64,000 bases of DNA from the human T2T-CHM13v2.0 reference genome, Homo sapiens: NCBI RefSeq assembly GCF_009914755.1, contig NC_060926.1, one strand, 5' to 3'. Position numbers and translations under genes: made by a program. The notes beneath the pieces were generated by a model. That model worked only from the letters and a program-made list of their open reading frames with translations, did not search any database and was not told the origin of the DNA. Of this stretch, positions 1-15,154 are shown piece by piece. The stretch's first letter is position 1. The number at the start of each line of letters is the position of its first letter.

Positions 1-489
1 TCCAGTTTGGGGCAGCAGTGGTTTGCCTTGCGATGGATCTAAGAAGAGTTGTTGATTTTTCAGTTTGTTCAGCTCTTTACTCATTAGGATGGTGTAACTT
101 CTAAACTTCTTATATGCTCGTCTGGGAACTGGAAGTCTTCAAAAGTACAGGGTTTTAAACCATGTATTTAACAGAGAGAATGTAAACTGACTTTCTTTGA
201 TCTCTCTCTTTTTTCTTTTTCTAATATCAGGAGGTCTAAAGGAATTTTTTTTAAAAACATTTAACACTAGCTCCTAAGTGTTGGGGAAATGTATGTGTAT
301 AGGCCACAATCATACCTTCCTTTAAAACTCTGTGGTTTCCCAGGGTGCTCACATTGGTGGCTGGTCCAGCACAGAATAGGTCCTGCATCTTAGAATGTAT
401 GGGTGAGGAACCCTAATAGGTTAGCAATGTCACTATCTGTAGCTTTAGGTAAAATCCTGCAAATTATTTCTCTGCAATAAGAAAGTCTA

Positions 490-670
490 ATATTTATTAA
501 GTATTTACAATGCAGTAGCAACTATGTAATATTTCTTTTAATCCTCACAACAATCCTGTGAGGTAGATACAATTACTGTCCTTATTTTAAAGAAGAGAAA
601 ACTGAGATATGAAGGGATTAAATAACTTCCCTGAGATCATAGAGCTGGAATTTGAACTTTAGTTCAACTC
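490..670. mobile_element. MIR
   Basis: aatcctcacaacaatcctgtgaggtag...gaaaactgaga...aacttccctgagatcatagagc resembles the MIR core. Confidence 0.7.
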
Positions 671-1163
671 AGTAGTGGGTAGGTACTCTTTATGCATATG
701 TTATCCTGCAGTGCAGTCTCTTATATCTGTTTGTATCACCCTACATAATAACCTCAATGAAGAACACTTCCGATCCTAATATTTTTCGATCCAAAACCTC
801 TAGTGACTTCCTATACCTAGAGAAGAAGTGAAAACTCTTTAGCTTGTAATATTAAGCTGTAGTTTCAATGTCCTACTCTGGCCTTATCTTTTACAACTCT
901 TTTGCATGTATCTTAATCTCTAATTACACAGTGCTCCTAAAATTTCTCAAAGTTGCCCCATATATTTCCTCCTGCTGAGAAAATTCTTTTTACTTCTTTA
1001 ACCACTAAATCCTACTATATTTCAGACATTTTCAATCCCAGGTGAAAGGCCACTTCCTCTTGAACTTTTATGATAACTTCAATGGGAATTAATCCTCCCT
1101 TCATTTAACTGTTAGAGTTCTTTATTTTATACTTCTTACAACACTCACCACACATTTTCCTGT

Positions 1164-1498
1164 TGCCATGGTTTGAATGTAATATATCCCTCCAAAACGC
1201 ATATGTGATAGTATTAAGAGGCAGGGCCTTCTGGGAAGTAATAAAGTCATGAGTGCTCCATCCTCATGAATGGGATTGGTGCTTTTATAAAAGAGGCTGA
1301 GGGAGTGTCCTAGTCTTGTTTTGCTCTTTTGCCTTTCCACCATGTGAGGGCGCTGCAAGAAGGCCTTCAGCAGACACTGAATCTGCTAGCACCTTAATCT
1401 TGGACTTCCCAGCCTCTAGAACTGTGAGAAATAAATTTCTGTTATTTATAAATTACCCAATATGTGATATTTTGTTATAGTAACAGGAATGACTAAGA
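1164..1498 (+). mobile_element. MST-family MaLR solo LTR within L2 remnants
   Basis: tgccatggtttgaatgt...ccttaatcttggacttcccagcctctagaactgtgagaaataaatttctg...gactaaga. Confidence 0.8.
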
Positions 1499-1699
1499 AT
1501 CTATATATGAGTTATTTATTGTATTTGCTGTCACCACTCCCAGATTATAGCAACATGAAGGCATGCACATTACGTAATTTTTAAATGTCCCTTGTCATAC
1601 AAATGCCTTGTAAAAGTTCATTAAATGAATGGCTTTAATTATGCAATAGGGTTATAGAAAGAAAAAATTTTTAAAAACACAGAGAGAGACATCTCAAAG

Positions 1700-4600
1700 A
1701 TTGAGCAGTAGACTGAATACATGTGCTTATCTCTTCTCTATCCTAAAATCTCATGTGTTAAAATAAATGGTGCTATGAGAAATAACCAGCAGATTAGGTA
1801 CCCTGAAAGATTCTTTTGGTCAAACTAGTTGAAATGCTGGATAAAACATTTTGAAAACATCTTTATAAATGTATGGCTGAGCTGGCATAAAATAAACAAA
1901 TCTATAGAGCTTGCAAATGAAGTAAAAGTATGAACCATGGTAGCCAAACTACCTTCCTAGTGGGATTTACCCTAAAGGTTTCTTTCCAATTCTGGAGACC
2001 TTGAGCATCTGCTTTGATAGTTGCATGGAGATTTTAAGGGAAAGGAGATGAAGCCTAAGAGATATACAAAATGAAAAGTCTAACAGAAGAAACCTGCATA
2101 AAATAGAATCCCAAATGGCCACTTTTGGTAAGCGTACATGAGAATATATTCACTCAGCTGTTTGTAAGGAAACTTGTCTCTGTCAATCTTGGGAGTGAAT
2201 AATAAGAAAAGAAATAACTTTCTAAAGAATTTATAACCACAACCCAAACTTCATGCAGGTTAGTCGTTAGTCATCGAATTCATGCTACCTATGTGTTCAA
2301 GAAAACCTCAGTCAGAGCTTTTAAAGCAGTCCTTAGTTGGTAGTGCCTCAAACTGAGTGGTGGAAACAAATGCTAATTTTCACTGGAGGAGCCCAACTTC
2401 ACCCTGGGGGTGAGAGAACTCCCATAAATAAAGTACAAAGAAAAATCAGTAGTTCTAGGCAAAACCCACAAAATGAAAGAGATGAGATCCAGAAACAGAC
2501 CCATACAACTTCAGGTATGAGATTATTAGAAACCAAATACAAAATAACTCGGATACATTTAAGGAAATGAAAGAGAATCTTTAAAATATGAGTAGGAAAC
2601 AAGTGACTACAAAGAACCACAAACCAAATTTAAAACAGAAATAGACTTTCTAGAAATGAAATAAATATAGTATCTAACACTGAAAACTAAAAAATAAAAT
2701 TTAATTAGATCTGGCTGAAGAGAGAATCAATGAATTGAAATAATTCATGACTTTATTTAAAATGCATCCTTGAGAGACACAGAGGTAGAAAATATTTTAA
2801 AAATATTAACAAACATGGAGGAGAGGCTGAGTAATTGGAATGATAAAAGGAAATATTAGAATGAATGGGGAGAGGCAATATTTGAAGAGATAATGCTTGA
2901 AAAATTTCCAGAGTTGTGTAAAACCAACCATCTTCAGGTTGCGGGAGTCTAATGAAAAGGATACGAAACTGAAGGTGTTCCAGATCACAGAAGGAATGGT
3001 ACACTAGTATATGAATACATCTAAACAAATATTCATTGCAAAGATAACAACAACAAAATCATGGCTAACAGAAATGAAGCAGTTCAGAATTTTCAAAACT
3101 AGACAGCAACAGCAAATTATAATCCTTTTAAAGATGAATAACTTTGATATTGTTGATTTTGTTAAGAATGCATGTTGAATAGCTAGTGTAACAAATAAAA
3201 AAATAGATTTAGATAATACAATTTTCAGATAAGTAAAGGGGAAAGAATGAAATGAGAAAAGAAGAAAAAGATACATTCAAAAGATGGCAAGAAAGAAGAG
3301 AAAACATGACTAAAAAATGCAGGATAAATGGAAAGGACATAATAAAATGGAAGAAATAAATCCAATTCTATACATAATCACAAAAAATATAAGTAAACCA
3401 AACTATACAGTTAAGGACAAAGAATGTGTGAATAGAGTTTTAAAAATTTAGTTATATGCTGTTTATAAGTGATACATTAACTCTAAGAACACAAAAACAT
3501 TCAAAGTTAGAAAAAAATTTAAAAAATGTACTAGGCCAATACTAATTTTTAAAAAGTTACTGTAGCTACATTCATGGACAAATTAACTCTAAGGAGAAAA
3601 TAATTTTGAAAGAACAAGAGGATCACTTGGGATACTACTATACCGATTTTCACACCACAGGTGGGATATCACAATTCTAAACTTGTATGTTCCTAATAAA
3701 ACAGCCTAAAAAGTATGTAATACAAAAATTCGACAGAACTACAGGGAGAAGTTTACACATCTACCATCATAGTGGGAGGTATCAAACACTCTCAATAATT
3801 GATTGATCACGTGGGCAAAAAATATTGAGGCTATAGATGATCTGAACAACACATTTAACATAATCTGTTGACATAGATGAAGCATTTCAGGTAGCAAAAG
3901 CAGAATATACAATCTTTTCAAGTACATATGGGATATATATATATAAAAAGAACACATGCAAGGCCATAATACCAACTTTGTATTTGAAAGGACAGGCACC
4001 AAACAAACCGTATTTCTTGACCACAGTGCAATTAAATAAGGTATTGACAACAAAAGGAACTAGAAACACCTGCATTTTGGGAAATTAAAAAAAATCTTCT
4101 AAATAATTTATGGGTTGAAATCATATTCATATTGGAAATTGGAATGTATTCTAAATTGAAAAATTATAAAACTCTACTAAATCTTGTGAAATACAACTCA
4201 AGCAGCACTTGGAAGGAAGTAGGAAGCCTCAGTAGTCTTATAAGCATTACAGAAATTGAATTAGTGGTTTTTAAATTTCCTATATAAAACATAAGGCAAA
4301 TTCTAATAAATGTTTACTGTATATATAGTTCTGTAGAGAATAAAAGTGAACACTCTCCAATTCATTCTATGAAACTTAGCATAATCATGAAACCAAAGCT
4401 GTATACAAATGAAGAAATGTGGACTAGTTTTCCCTATGAAAAAAGGTTGCTAAAATCATAAACCTACCACTCAAAGGTTAGTTTGTGTACCTGCAACATA
4501 GGCAGCACCTAGGAGCTTTTTAAAAAATGCGGATTCTTGGACTTTACCCCAGATCTACTGAATCAGAATTTTAACTTCATCAAAATCTACAGGATATTCT

Positions 4601-6080
4601 TATGTACATTATAGTAGGTGAAGCTTTGTATTAGCAAACTAAACCCAGAGATGTATTAAAATACATATCACTAAGTTAAGTTTACCCAACAGTACAAAGC
4701 TGGTTTACTACTGTAAAGCAATTTGTCATATTAAGAGAGTAAAGGAGAAAACCTTAGGATTGTCTTAGTAGATTCAGAGTGTTGAGTAAAATTTAAAATC
4801 TGTTAATAATTTTAAAAAAGAGCTCCAAGAAAACTAAGAATAATAGAAATTATATTCTTGTATTACTGCTCTCTTTTCAGCTACATTGATTCTATTTTTT
4901 CTATTTCTTTTTCAATACCACACTGCTTGAATTATGTTAGTGCCATATTGGCAGGGAAACAGAAAATGAGAATGTAGGTTATGTTTATTATGGTATTTCG
5001 AATCAGTAGACGAAAGGGTGAACTTACTATATAGTGTTGAAATTGGTTACTATTTAGAAAAATTAAAATGAGCTATCTCCTAGAACATACTTTTAAAATC
5101 TCAGATCAATCAAAATTATACATTTAAAAAGCCAAACTATAAAAATATAAGGTTATATTTTTATAATCTTTGGTTGAGCAAAGCCTTTAGAAAATATAAA
5201 AATCTACAAAGCTAAAATGAAAAATATAAACTTTTTTACTACAAAAAGTTTAACATTTATGTGTGACAAAACATACCATAGAAAAATTAAAAGGCAAATA
5301 GCAAACATGTAGAGTTTATATTTAGAATATAATGAAATTTCCACTAAGTAATGAGAAAATAGAAAGTGTCCAAAATAAAAATAGAAAGTGATCAAATTAT
5401 GTGACCATGTAGTTGAAAAACAAAACAAAATGTATAGAACAAATATGAAAAATTGCTCAAATAACTAAATGAAAAGGTAGACATTAAAAGAATAGTAAAA
5501 CTTTTTTTATTCTATCAAATTGGCAAAAATGTAAAAGGTTGTTACATTCAGTATTGACAAAAATGTGGGAAAGCTGCCACTCTCAAATTTTGTTAGATGA
5601 ACTTGTAAACTGATAATGCCTCAGTAAGATGTACACTTTTAGGCCAACATGCTCATAGTTATGCACAGCGACATCAACATAGAGATATTTGTTGTAACAC
5701 TTTTGTAGCAGAAATGAAAATGAATTTCACCCAATGTCCTTCAACAGGGTCATGGCAAAGCAAATTATGAGTCCTACATACTATGAAATTCTATGTAGCT
5801 GTTTCAAATGTCGACTAATAAATATTGATGTGGAAAGTTCTCTAAGACAGATTGCTAAGTGAAAAAAATCAAATAACAGAAACATGAAATCCTTATATCC
5901 ATTTAAAAAGTACATATGCATAAATGTATTTAAATGCAATGCATAGACAAACACCAGCAGGATCATACCAAACAGTTAACAGTGGTTGTTTCTGAAAAGG
6001 GAAATGTATTGATGTTGGGAAGGTGAAGAGAAAGATGTAACGGAGTACTTCCACATTTTACTTAGCACACTTCTCTATAA
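1700..6080 (+). mobile_element. Highly decayed old L1M fragments with a MER5A-like insert at ~4465-4620
   Basis: A-rich sense strand with remnants resembling ORF1, the ORF2 endonuclease region and the 3' end; no intact ORF. Confidence 0.65.
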
Positions 6081-6089
6081 TTAGAGCAT

Positions 6090-6210
6090 CTACATAATTT
6101 ACCATCCAAGCCAGAAAAATTTGGAGTAAAAATACCTGCTGTTAATTGCTCTGGGACACCAGACATAAATTAGAACCGTTCTGGGCAAATGAGGTATATG
6201 GTCACATTAT
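6090..6210. mobile_element. MER94/MER81-like hAT-Blackjack MITE
   Basis: ataatttaccatccaagcc...ctgggcaaatgaggtatatggtcac; a related copy lies in the opposite orientation at 31846-31980. Confidence 0.55.
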
Positions 6211-6365
6211 CTATAGTAAGAATATATTCATGATTTCATCGTTGAATTTTAAAAATCGGTGGAGCTTTGCCAACCACTGTCTAGAGTTGGGATTAGCAAA
6301 CCACCTTGGACTGGACTTTTGTAATTATGAGAAACAAGGCTTGTGTGGCCACTTTTATATTTTAG

Positions 6366-7035
6366 TGTGAGGCCACACTAAAGGGGAGATATACCTCCCC
6401 CTGTGGCTTAGCAAACACTTTCCTTACCTTGGTATATAGAGCTCTGAGGATGGAATAGACCAATTTGTATAAAGAGCTCCGGGCCTTCAGGGAGGGAAGA
6501 GCCTGGGGCCCCTAAGCCATTTCCTCTAGATACAAACTTAGTAACTCTTTGCTGTTGTCTCTGGCACAGCCCTGATGGAGATACAGGCAAGCAAGAACTC
6601 ACCCTGAAGTAGAGGGGCTGTTGGGTCTAGGCTGTCAACCTCAGCTTAATACAAGGGCCTGAAGCTTGTTCCACAGAGACTGGTTCTAGTGTAGGCTGTG
6701 GCGGAAGACATCAGCTTCTCTGGTACTGACCAACCTGGCACAGTTTCATGCCTTGGGATTCAGAGCTGAACACCTGAGGATGAACTAGTAGAGCTGTTAA
6801 CGCTGGAATCCTGGCTAAGGTACCCCAGGCAGTGACTGTGAACTGATTGGATGTACCCATATGTGCCCATCCACCGTACTTTGAAGTTTAACTGACCATT
6901 CTGAACTGAGTAAGCACTTGAGATTCTTAGACAGTGGGGGGTGCAGGTGGGGAGAAAGACATTAGGAGGGAGAAACTGGACTTGCTGCTAATAAAGGCAG
7001 TGGTGGTCCTGAGCGATGAATTTATACCTTTAACA
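6366..7035. mobile_element. Possible ancient LTR
   Basis: TG...CA-bounded GC-richer block with AATAAA near the right end; family not identified. Confidence 0.25.
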
Positions 7036-7078
7036 TGTCAAATGACTCATACGGATTATACTTTTAAAAATGACCATT

Positions 7079-7394
<316 letters not shown>

Positions 7395-7554
7395 TCAGCC
7401 ATATGTCACCCCCTGTTAACCTGTGTTGATCCTTGTAATTGATTTAGGCATTAAGAAAACATTAAGAAAGAATCAAAGGAGGTGGACCAAGGGGTGGAAG
7501 GAATTTGGAGTAAAGAAAACAGGGAGGGTTGGTGATGCAGCACACTCTACTCAC

Positions 7555-7724
7555 GCGGCTGGTGTGTGTTCCAGTGTGTGTACTGCACCGGCTCGGGTTT
7601 CTGCCCTACTGGCTTCCAAGTGTATTCTCCCGTATCATTTTGGTCCTGAAGAGCTATCCAAAAATAACTGTCCTTCATTTTTACCACACTACTGATCAAA
7701 CTGGTAATAAAAGCCTGTTCAAAC
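7555..7724 (-). CDS. PLA2R1: PLA2R1 exon 11, CTLD3 (absent from the ORF track)
   Basis: tttaag|G TTT GAA...CAG CCG C|gtgagt; 170 nt; FEQAFITSLISSVVKMKDSYFWIALQDQNDTGEYTWKPVGQKPEPVQYTHWNTHQP. Confidence 0.97.
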
Positions 7725-9179
7725 CTTAAAAGGGGAAAAAAGAAGTGGTTACATTAAGTTTCTGGGCAATAAAAAAATGTCATTAAAGCATAATGAAGTG
7801 CACAGAATGGCCCCAGAGTAAGCATTTCTCATCAATTCTTTAGAACATGGAACAGGAAAACACCCAAAGACCCTGAACATTACTAATAAATGCCGAATGT
7901 CAGTGCAATTCCCAGAACTATATGAGTGAGCAGAATCTGACTCTTGCATATGGGGCTTAATTCTTGCACAGAATAGAGAGTCCAGCTCCAGTTTCAAAGC
8001 ATAGGTGGTAAAGTTCACATGGCCAGCAATGCATTTCTTGGAGTACGATGTGGCCTATTTTGTAATTAGGCCACACACCACACACACCATGCCACAATAT
8101 GCACGGGGTAAAGGTGGGCAGGAGGGAGGAGGAAAGATATTATGCTTTTCTGAATGAGCATTTACTAATACAGAGTTCACACACACCCACCTACCACACT
8201 TGCCTGGTGAGAAAGAAACAGAAATTAAAGTAGCAATTTTATGTCTCCCAAATCAGTGTGTTCATAGGCAGAGGTAGGTCTCAGCTTATTCAAATGTGTT
8301 TAAATCTGCATGTTCACTGAAGAAAAATGTGAAAGCCTAGGAACTAATCTAAGGCCGTACATCCACTAATATACTTCCCAAACAGCTGAATGAATTACTG
8401 TTCAATGATTGGTGGCAGTGCCCCCTTTCCAGTATGAATGCATCAAAAGCAGAATATAGAAGACTCACATACATGCTTCCACATGCACACCTACTAAGAA
8501 AAACATGACTATTAAAATTTAACTAGCATTGAACCTTTCAGCTAAGTTGAAACTATCTTGAGAAAGCTATTTTTAGAACATACAAAGTTAGAAGAAGCAC
8601 ATTTGAAACAGTGGCGACTTCTGGGCAGACCTGCTGAGTCAATGGAAAAGGAAAGGCTGAAGCCATTACCCAGGAAACCTAAGGAGAAAGCAAATTAGAT
8701 CTTTTCATTCAATTTTGGTGGCTTTTTTCGTTACTGTGCATCCTTAACTTGCTAAGGGAAGCAAAAGCAATGAGGTCATTTATGAATAGAAGAGTCTCAA
8801 AGGAAATAGGAGATAAAAAGAGAAAAGAAGTAAAAGAAGTAAAAATTTTAAGTGCCTTACAGATATTATTAGCAACATTTAGAGATCTTAGGTATTTATG
8901 GTACTCATCTTTGCAGGGGATATGGATTTTCGTCATACTTTAGTAAATATTTTCTGCAGATACTCTATTAATAACCTAAATAGCACACATTTGAAACAAG
9001 AAAAGTTCTTTTTTTAATCCAGATCATACTGGCAGAACCTTATATAAATGTGCTTCAAAAGGAACATATAGAAGACTAAATATTGCCTACATGCTGTTGT
9101 AATTTTCCTTACACTTCTGTTGGTTCATGCTCTCAATAATATACGATCTGCTTTTCTCTATCTCCTCTGAGGCAGAGTA

Positions 9180-9495
9180 GTAATACCGGGTCAGGGAAGT
9201 GCTGGGAGGAGAAGGGCGGGGTCCCTGGTTAGGGCTCCACCCCCAGCCTCTGCCCCCAGACCTAGGTGAGGACAAGCATTTCTGTTTTCATGCCCAAATG
9301 TTGCATTTCCCAAGACCACCCTGGCTTGCCACACCCCCATCCTGTGCTTGTAAAATCCCCCGAGGCCCTAGCCGGAAGACAGACAAGCGGCTGGACATCC
9401 AGAGGAACACACCGGTGGAAGAGCACACCGACAGGCACTGGCAGATGCCGGCAGGCCGTCGACAGGAAGAACGATGTGGAGTTTGGCCAGAAGAA
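9180..9495 (+). mobile_element. LTR27/LTR28/LTR1-family ERV1 LTR, 3' truncated
   Basis: cagggaagtgctggg...gacctaggtgaggacaagcatttctg...ccaaatgttgcatttcccaagaccaccctgg...caagcggctggacatccagagg. Confidence 0.7.
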
Positions 9496-11628
9496 AGTTA
9501 AGAAAATAACTCCACTTACAATAGTGCCCCCAAAATACATGGGAATAAACTACACAAAGACTTGTATACTGAAAACTTGTATACTGAAAGGTGAAAGACT
9601 TGTATACTGAAAACTGCAAAATGGTGCTGAAGGAAATTAAAGAAGCCACAGAGAAATGGAAATAAATCCCGTGTTCATGCCTTGGAAGACTTAATATTGT
9701 TAAGATGCTCATACTACCTAAAGTGATGTATACATTCAATGCAATCCCTATCAAAATCCCAATGATATCTTTTTCAAAAATAGAAAAGTTCATCCTAAAA
9801 TCCATATGGAAATTCAAGGAACCCTGAATAGCCAATATAATCGTGAAAAGAAACCAAGTTAGAGGTCTGACACTTTTTGATTTCCAAACTTACTACAAAG
9901 CTACAGTAATCAAGACAGTGTGGGCTGGGCATATTGGCTCATGCCTGTAATCTCAGCACTTTGGGAGACTGAGGCAGGCAGCCTGCTTGAGCCCAGGAGC
10001 TCAACACCAGCCTGGGAAACATAGTGAGATCCTGTCACTACAAAACATAAAAAACATTTGCTGTGGGTGGTGGTGTTAGATGCCTGTAGTCCCAGCTACT
10101 CGGGAGGTCGAGGCGGGAGGATGGCTTGAGCCCAGGAGGTCAAGGCTGCAGTGAGCTATGACTGAACCACTGTACTCCAGCCTGGGTGATAGAGTGAGAC
10201 CCTGTCTCAAAAACAACAAAAACAAAACAAAAAACCAGTGTGGTACTAGCATAAACACTAACGCATAGGCCAGTGGAATAGACTAGGAATAAACCCTTGC
10301 ATATATGTCAAATGATTATCAAGAATGGTGCCAAGACTGTTCAGTGCAGAAAGGACAGTCTTCTCAATAAACTGTGCAGGGAAAACTAGACAACCACTTG
10401 CAACAGAATGAAGTTAGACCCTTACCTTATACTATGCACAAAAATGAACTCAAAGTAGATTAAAGACCTAAACATGAGAGCTAAAATTATAAAACTCTTA
10501 CAAGGAAACACAGGAAAAAGACTTCATAACATTGTATTTGGCAATGATTTCTTGTATATGATACCAAAAGCACAGGCAACGGAATAAGAAATTAATAAAT
10601 TGGACTTTATAAAAATTAAAAACTTTGCGCATCAAAGGACACTATCAACAGAATGAAAAGGCAACCCACAAAATGGGAGAAAGTATTTGCAAGTTGTACA
10701 TCAGATAAGGGATTAATATCCAGAATATATTAAAAATTCCTATAACTAAACAATAGAAAAGACAAACATCCCAATTAAAAAATGGACAAAGGACTTGAAT
10801 AGACATTTCTCCAAAGAAGATACACAGATAGCCAATAAGCACGTGAAAAGATGTTCAACATCATCAATCACCAGTGAAATGCAGATCAAAACCACAGTGA
10901 AATACCACTGCACACCCAATAGGATGGCTATTATCAAAACAAAACAACCAGATAATAGTAAGCATTGGCTAGGATGTGGAGAAACTGGAACCTTTATGCA
11001 CTACTGGTGGGAATGGAAAATGGTGCAGCCATTATGGAAAAGAGTACAGTGGTTCCTTAAAAAATTTAAAATCAAATTATCATATGATCCAGCAATTTCA
11101 CTTATAGGCATACATGCCAAAGAATTGAAAGCAGGGACTCGAAGGGTATTTGTACATTCATGTTCATGGTAGCATTAGTCACAATAGCCAAATGGTGGGA
11201 GCAACCCAAATGTCCATTAATGGATGAATGGATAAACAATATGTGTATATACATACAATGGAATATGAATTAGCCTTAAAACAGAATTTCCAGAAACGAA
11301 ATTCTGACACTACAACATGCTAAATGAAATAAACCAGACACAGAAAAACATAATTCCACTTATATGAGACATGTAGAGTAGTTAAACTCACAGAGACAGA
11401 AAATAGAATAGTAGTTGCCAGGGTCTGGGAGGAGGGGAGAATAGGCAGCTATTGTTTAATGGGTACAGAGTTTCAGTTTGGGAAGATGAAAAAAGTTCTG
11501 GAGATGGATGATGGTAGTGGGTGAACAACAATCTGAATGCAGTTAATGACACTGAACTGCACACTGAAAAATGACTAACATGGTGAATTTTATGTTTATG
11601 TGTGTTTTATTTTACCACAATAAAAAAA
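9495..11628 (+). mobile_element. L1MB (ORF2 3' part plus 3'UTR), split by an AluJ
   Basis: ORF2 C-terminal remnant (ORF 10795-11172, [22 protein letters not shown]); L1MB-type 3'UTR gggtacagagtttcagtttgggaagatgaaaaagttctggagatgg; A tail. Confidence 0.88.
9922..10234 (+). mobile_element. AluJ inserted in L1MB
   Basis: Full dimer; duplicated target aagacagtgtg / aaaccagtgtg. Confidence 0.9.
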
Positions 11629-11724
11629 TATTAACTGCAAAAGTGTTTTGGGGAGATATGACAGTTGCAGGAAAACGGTAGAGCTGTAAAAATGCTTTAA
11701 AATAATGCACATTTAAGCTTAGGA

Positions 11725-12076
<352 letters not shown>

Positions 12077-13838
12077 TCACAAAATTGAATGCCATTTGGA
12101 TTATTTTGTACCAATATTCTATGGCTGATTGATTCAAAATTTAGACATACATGGATTTAGCCAATTATCCATTATAATTTTGGAACTCAACTTTTGCATT
12201 CATGCTTTGTCTGGAAGCAAAGTGGCCAGGCCTGAAAAAATTTTGTAACAATCAGCAAGCAAACAAAAATTTGTTACTCAACAATAAGGATCTGTTTTTC
12301 TTCCCCTCTCTATTCCACAAAGTGTTAAAAGTCTTAGACCAGGAGCAGTTGCCTGATCACAAAAGAAATAAGTAATTTGTAGCAGGTGGTTCTAATTGTG
12401 CCCATCAAACCTGTCATTCCATTGTGCAGAAGAGTGGAAAATCAATTAGCAACTACAAGCTTGGGTACTGAAGAGTGACAGGAGTGTCTTAAACAGGAAA
12501 TCAGTAATGGAAGAAAATGATTACCATGGCCACTAGTGGACACTCCTGGATCTGAGACACTTTCCATCTACTGCCCAACCTTCTCAGACAAAAGATGCTG
12601 TTTGCAAAAATTCCAACGTGTATGGTGAATCAAAAGCAGTACAGTGTGGACCCTTGTTTCTTCCCTGATGGACTCTGAATGATTAAAAACCAAGAGCATT
12701 GGCCCTTTCTTTCTTCAACTCATGAGTCCTGTGTTGGAGTTGCTGCTTTGAATGTAGACATGTTTTGGGGGTAGCATAAGTATATGTTAACTGACTTGGA
12801 CAGATGACACATCCTGCTCATCTGTACTCCCTCAGGGCTTGGCGGGTGACCAGGCAGCACACCAGCACAGGGCAATCTGGACAGGCGTAGGAGGCCAAGA
12901 CTGGGATAAAAACAAACTTCTCTATGCCATAGTTCTGATTTACAGATGGACCAGGCATGAGCGCTTGCTACTGAATACAGTTTACCAGAGAAAACATTTA
13001 AAGTATTCACAACATAGTCTTGTATCCAGTTTTGGGGAAAATGAAACAGATTTTTTTCCCAGATACTTTCTGTCATTTGTATGAGGTCCCCAAAGGGTTC
13101 ATGGAATATGAAGCATTTGTTCTAACAGATTTCTGCCTTAGCTTGGGTCACTGTGGCACTATGGGTTATCTGTAATGTCACTGTGAGTTTATCCATTTAT
13201 TGTGCTATTCTACCTTCTTCACTTATTTCTTGTGTCTATGTTCGATCTCTTCAGCTGCTGGGTTTCAGAAAGCACTGGACAATAATAGCATGCCTTTTAT
13301 TTCTTGTGGATAGCATGTCAGTGTTTAATATGGGGACTCTCACAAAACAGGTATTCAAAAAAAATTTTCTAATAAACTCTTGGCTATTAATTTTTTGTGT
13401 GGTCAGATAACATATGAAAAATAATTAACACAGTGCCAGGTATGTGACAGGCACTCAATGAACATTAAACAAAAAAATAAAGAATAAGACATAAAAAACA
13501 GGTGAAACAATTGGACTTATTTTCTTTGGTAAAAAACATAATTAAATTGTAATTAACAAAAGAGCGTATAGCTTCATTGGTCAGCCTCCTGTGAAGTCCA
13601 GTATTGACTCACTGACTGGGGGACTTCCAACCCAAGGTGCTCTTGGAACCTTTTGGGTGAGTTAACAAATTGATAAAGGCTTTCTTCTGCCTGTTAGCCA
13701 AACCTGGGAGGAGAAAGGTAGAACTAAAAACAATGCTGAGATACATCAAAGGTAGTGCTATATTTCGACGGGAGGATCTCCTGAAAGTAAAATGTTTCAC
13801 CAGGTGACTTAGTCTGCCAAATGCTATCAATCCATTTG

Positions 13839-13880
13839 AGTGTGTGTGTGTGTGCGTGTCTGTTTGTGTGTGTGTGTATG
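13839..13880. repeat. Imperfect (TG)n
   Basis: Direct reading. Confidence 0.9.
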
Positions 13881-14522
13881 CATTCCTGTGCATTGTTTGG
13901 AACAGAAGCTGGGTAAGAAGGCAAGAAAGAGGGTAAGAGGAGGAAGGACATACTGGCAGCTTTGGATGCTGACTTCCAATGTGGGAGGAGCAGAGAAATC
14001 ATACAGGAATTCCTCTACAAATTAGGCTTATATGGGAAGGGTCTCTAGGTAAAACCAGTTGTCCTATTTGCTGGTATTCAGTGAATATTTTTAAAGGCAA
14101 TGGCCCAGGTAAATATGCAAGTGACTTGCTTTGCAGGTGTAGTTTCCTGTGGCACCACTGGAGTTCTACCCCGCTTCTGTCTTCCCCAGGAGGAGTGGGT
14201 CTCCCAGGTGTTCCAGCCCCCACTGTCCTCCTGGCATTGATACTGATATGAGGTCACCTTTACTCTTGGTATTTTTATCCCCTACAGGTATTATGCATCG
14301 GTACCATGGGGCAGATTGTATGGAGTGTAAAAAGGGCACAGTCTCTGTGCCAGCATCAGGAAGGCATATGTGCACAGAGAAGTCTCAATCTAAATAAAAT
14401 AGATGGAAGAAGTGATGGTGAAGGATTTGAATATCCTCCACATTTTATAGCTTTTCTGCTAAAAACACCCCCATACAATTCACATACATTACATCAAAAA
14501 AATACTTGTTAAATAATGTTTT

Positions 14523-14838
14523 GGCTGGGCGCGGTGGCTCATACCTGTAATCCCGGCACTTTGGGAGGCTGAGGCAGGTGGATCACTTGAGGTCAGGAGT
14601 TCAGACCAGCCTGGCCAACATGGTGAAACCCCGTCTCTACTAAAAATACAAAAATTACCAGGGCGTGGTGGCAGGTGCCTGTAATCCCAGCTACTCATGG
14701 GGCTGAGGCAAGATAATTGCTTGAACCTGGGAGGTGGAGGTTGCAGTGAGCTGAGACTGCACCACTGCGCTCCAGCCTGGGCAACAGAGCAAGATTCTGT
14801 CTCAAAAAAATGAAAAAAAATAAAATAAAAAATAAATA
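14523..14838 (+). mobile_element. AluS
   Basis: Full dimer, gatcacttgaggtcaggagttc, A tail. Confidence 0.92.
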
Positions 14839-15154
14839 ATGGGTTTCATTTCCCATATAAGCAGTTAGAAGATAAAATCTAAAAACATCTGAATATATTA
14901 GAAAAGCTGGATAATTAATAAATCTTTACAGATAGTAAAGGTCACCTTAAATTTTATTATTTATTACTCAAAAATCAATTCTGGAATAACATAGTATAAT
15001 TTAAATTCATCTCAATAAATAACTTAAATAATTTAGTACTTTGATGTATAGCACAATTTAGATTTTGAACAGTTATGATTGTAGCTAGATTTTATCATTC
15101 CAAGAGTCCTCATGTGAAAGCCGTCTTGTTTCTGTTAAAAAAAGTTTAATTTAC

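Noticed and set aside
10795-11172. 125-aa ORF resembling a real protein
   Set aside because: Decayed L1 ORF2 C-terminus; not a gene
12200-14450. Repeat-poor, GC-richer block in intron 10 (possible hidden exon, pseudogene or enhancer)
   Set aside because: No recognisable protein similarity, poly(A)/TSD or convincing exon; an enhancer role cannot be supported from sequence alone
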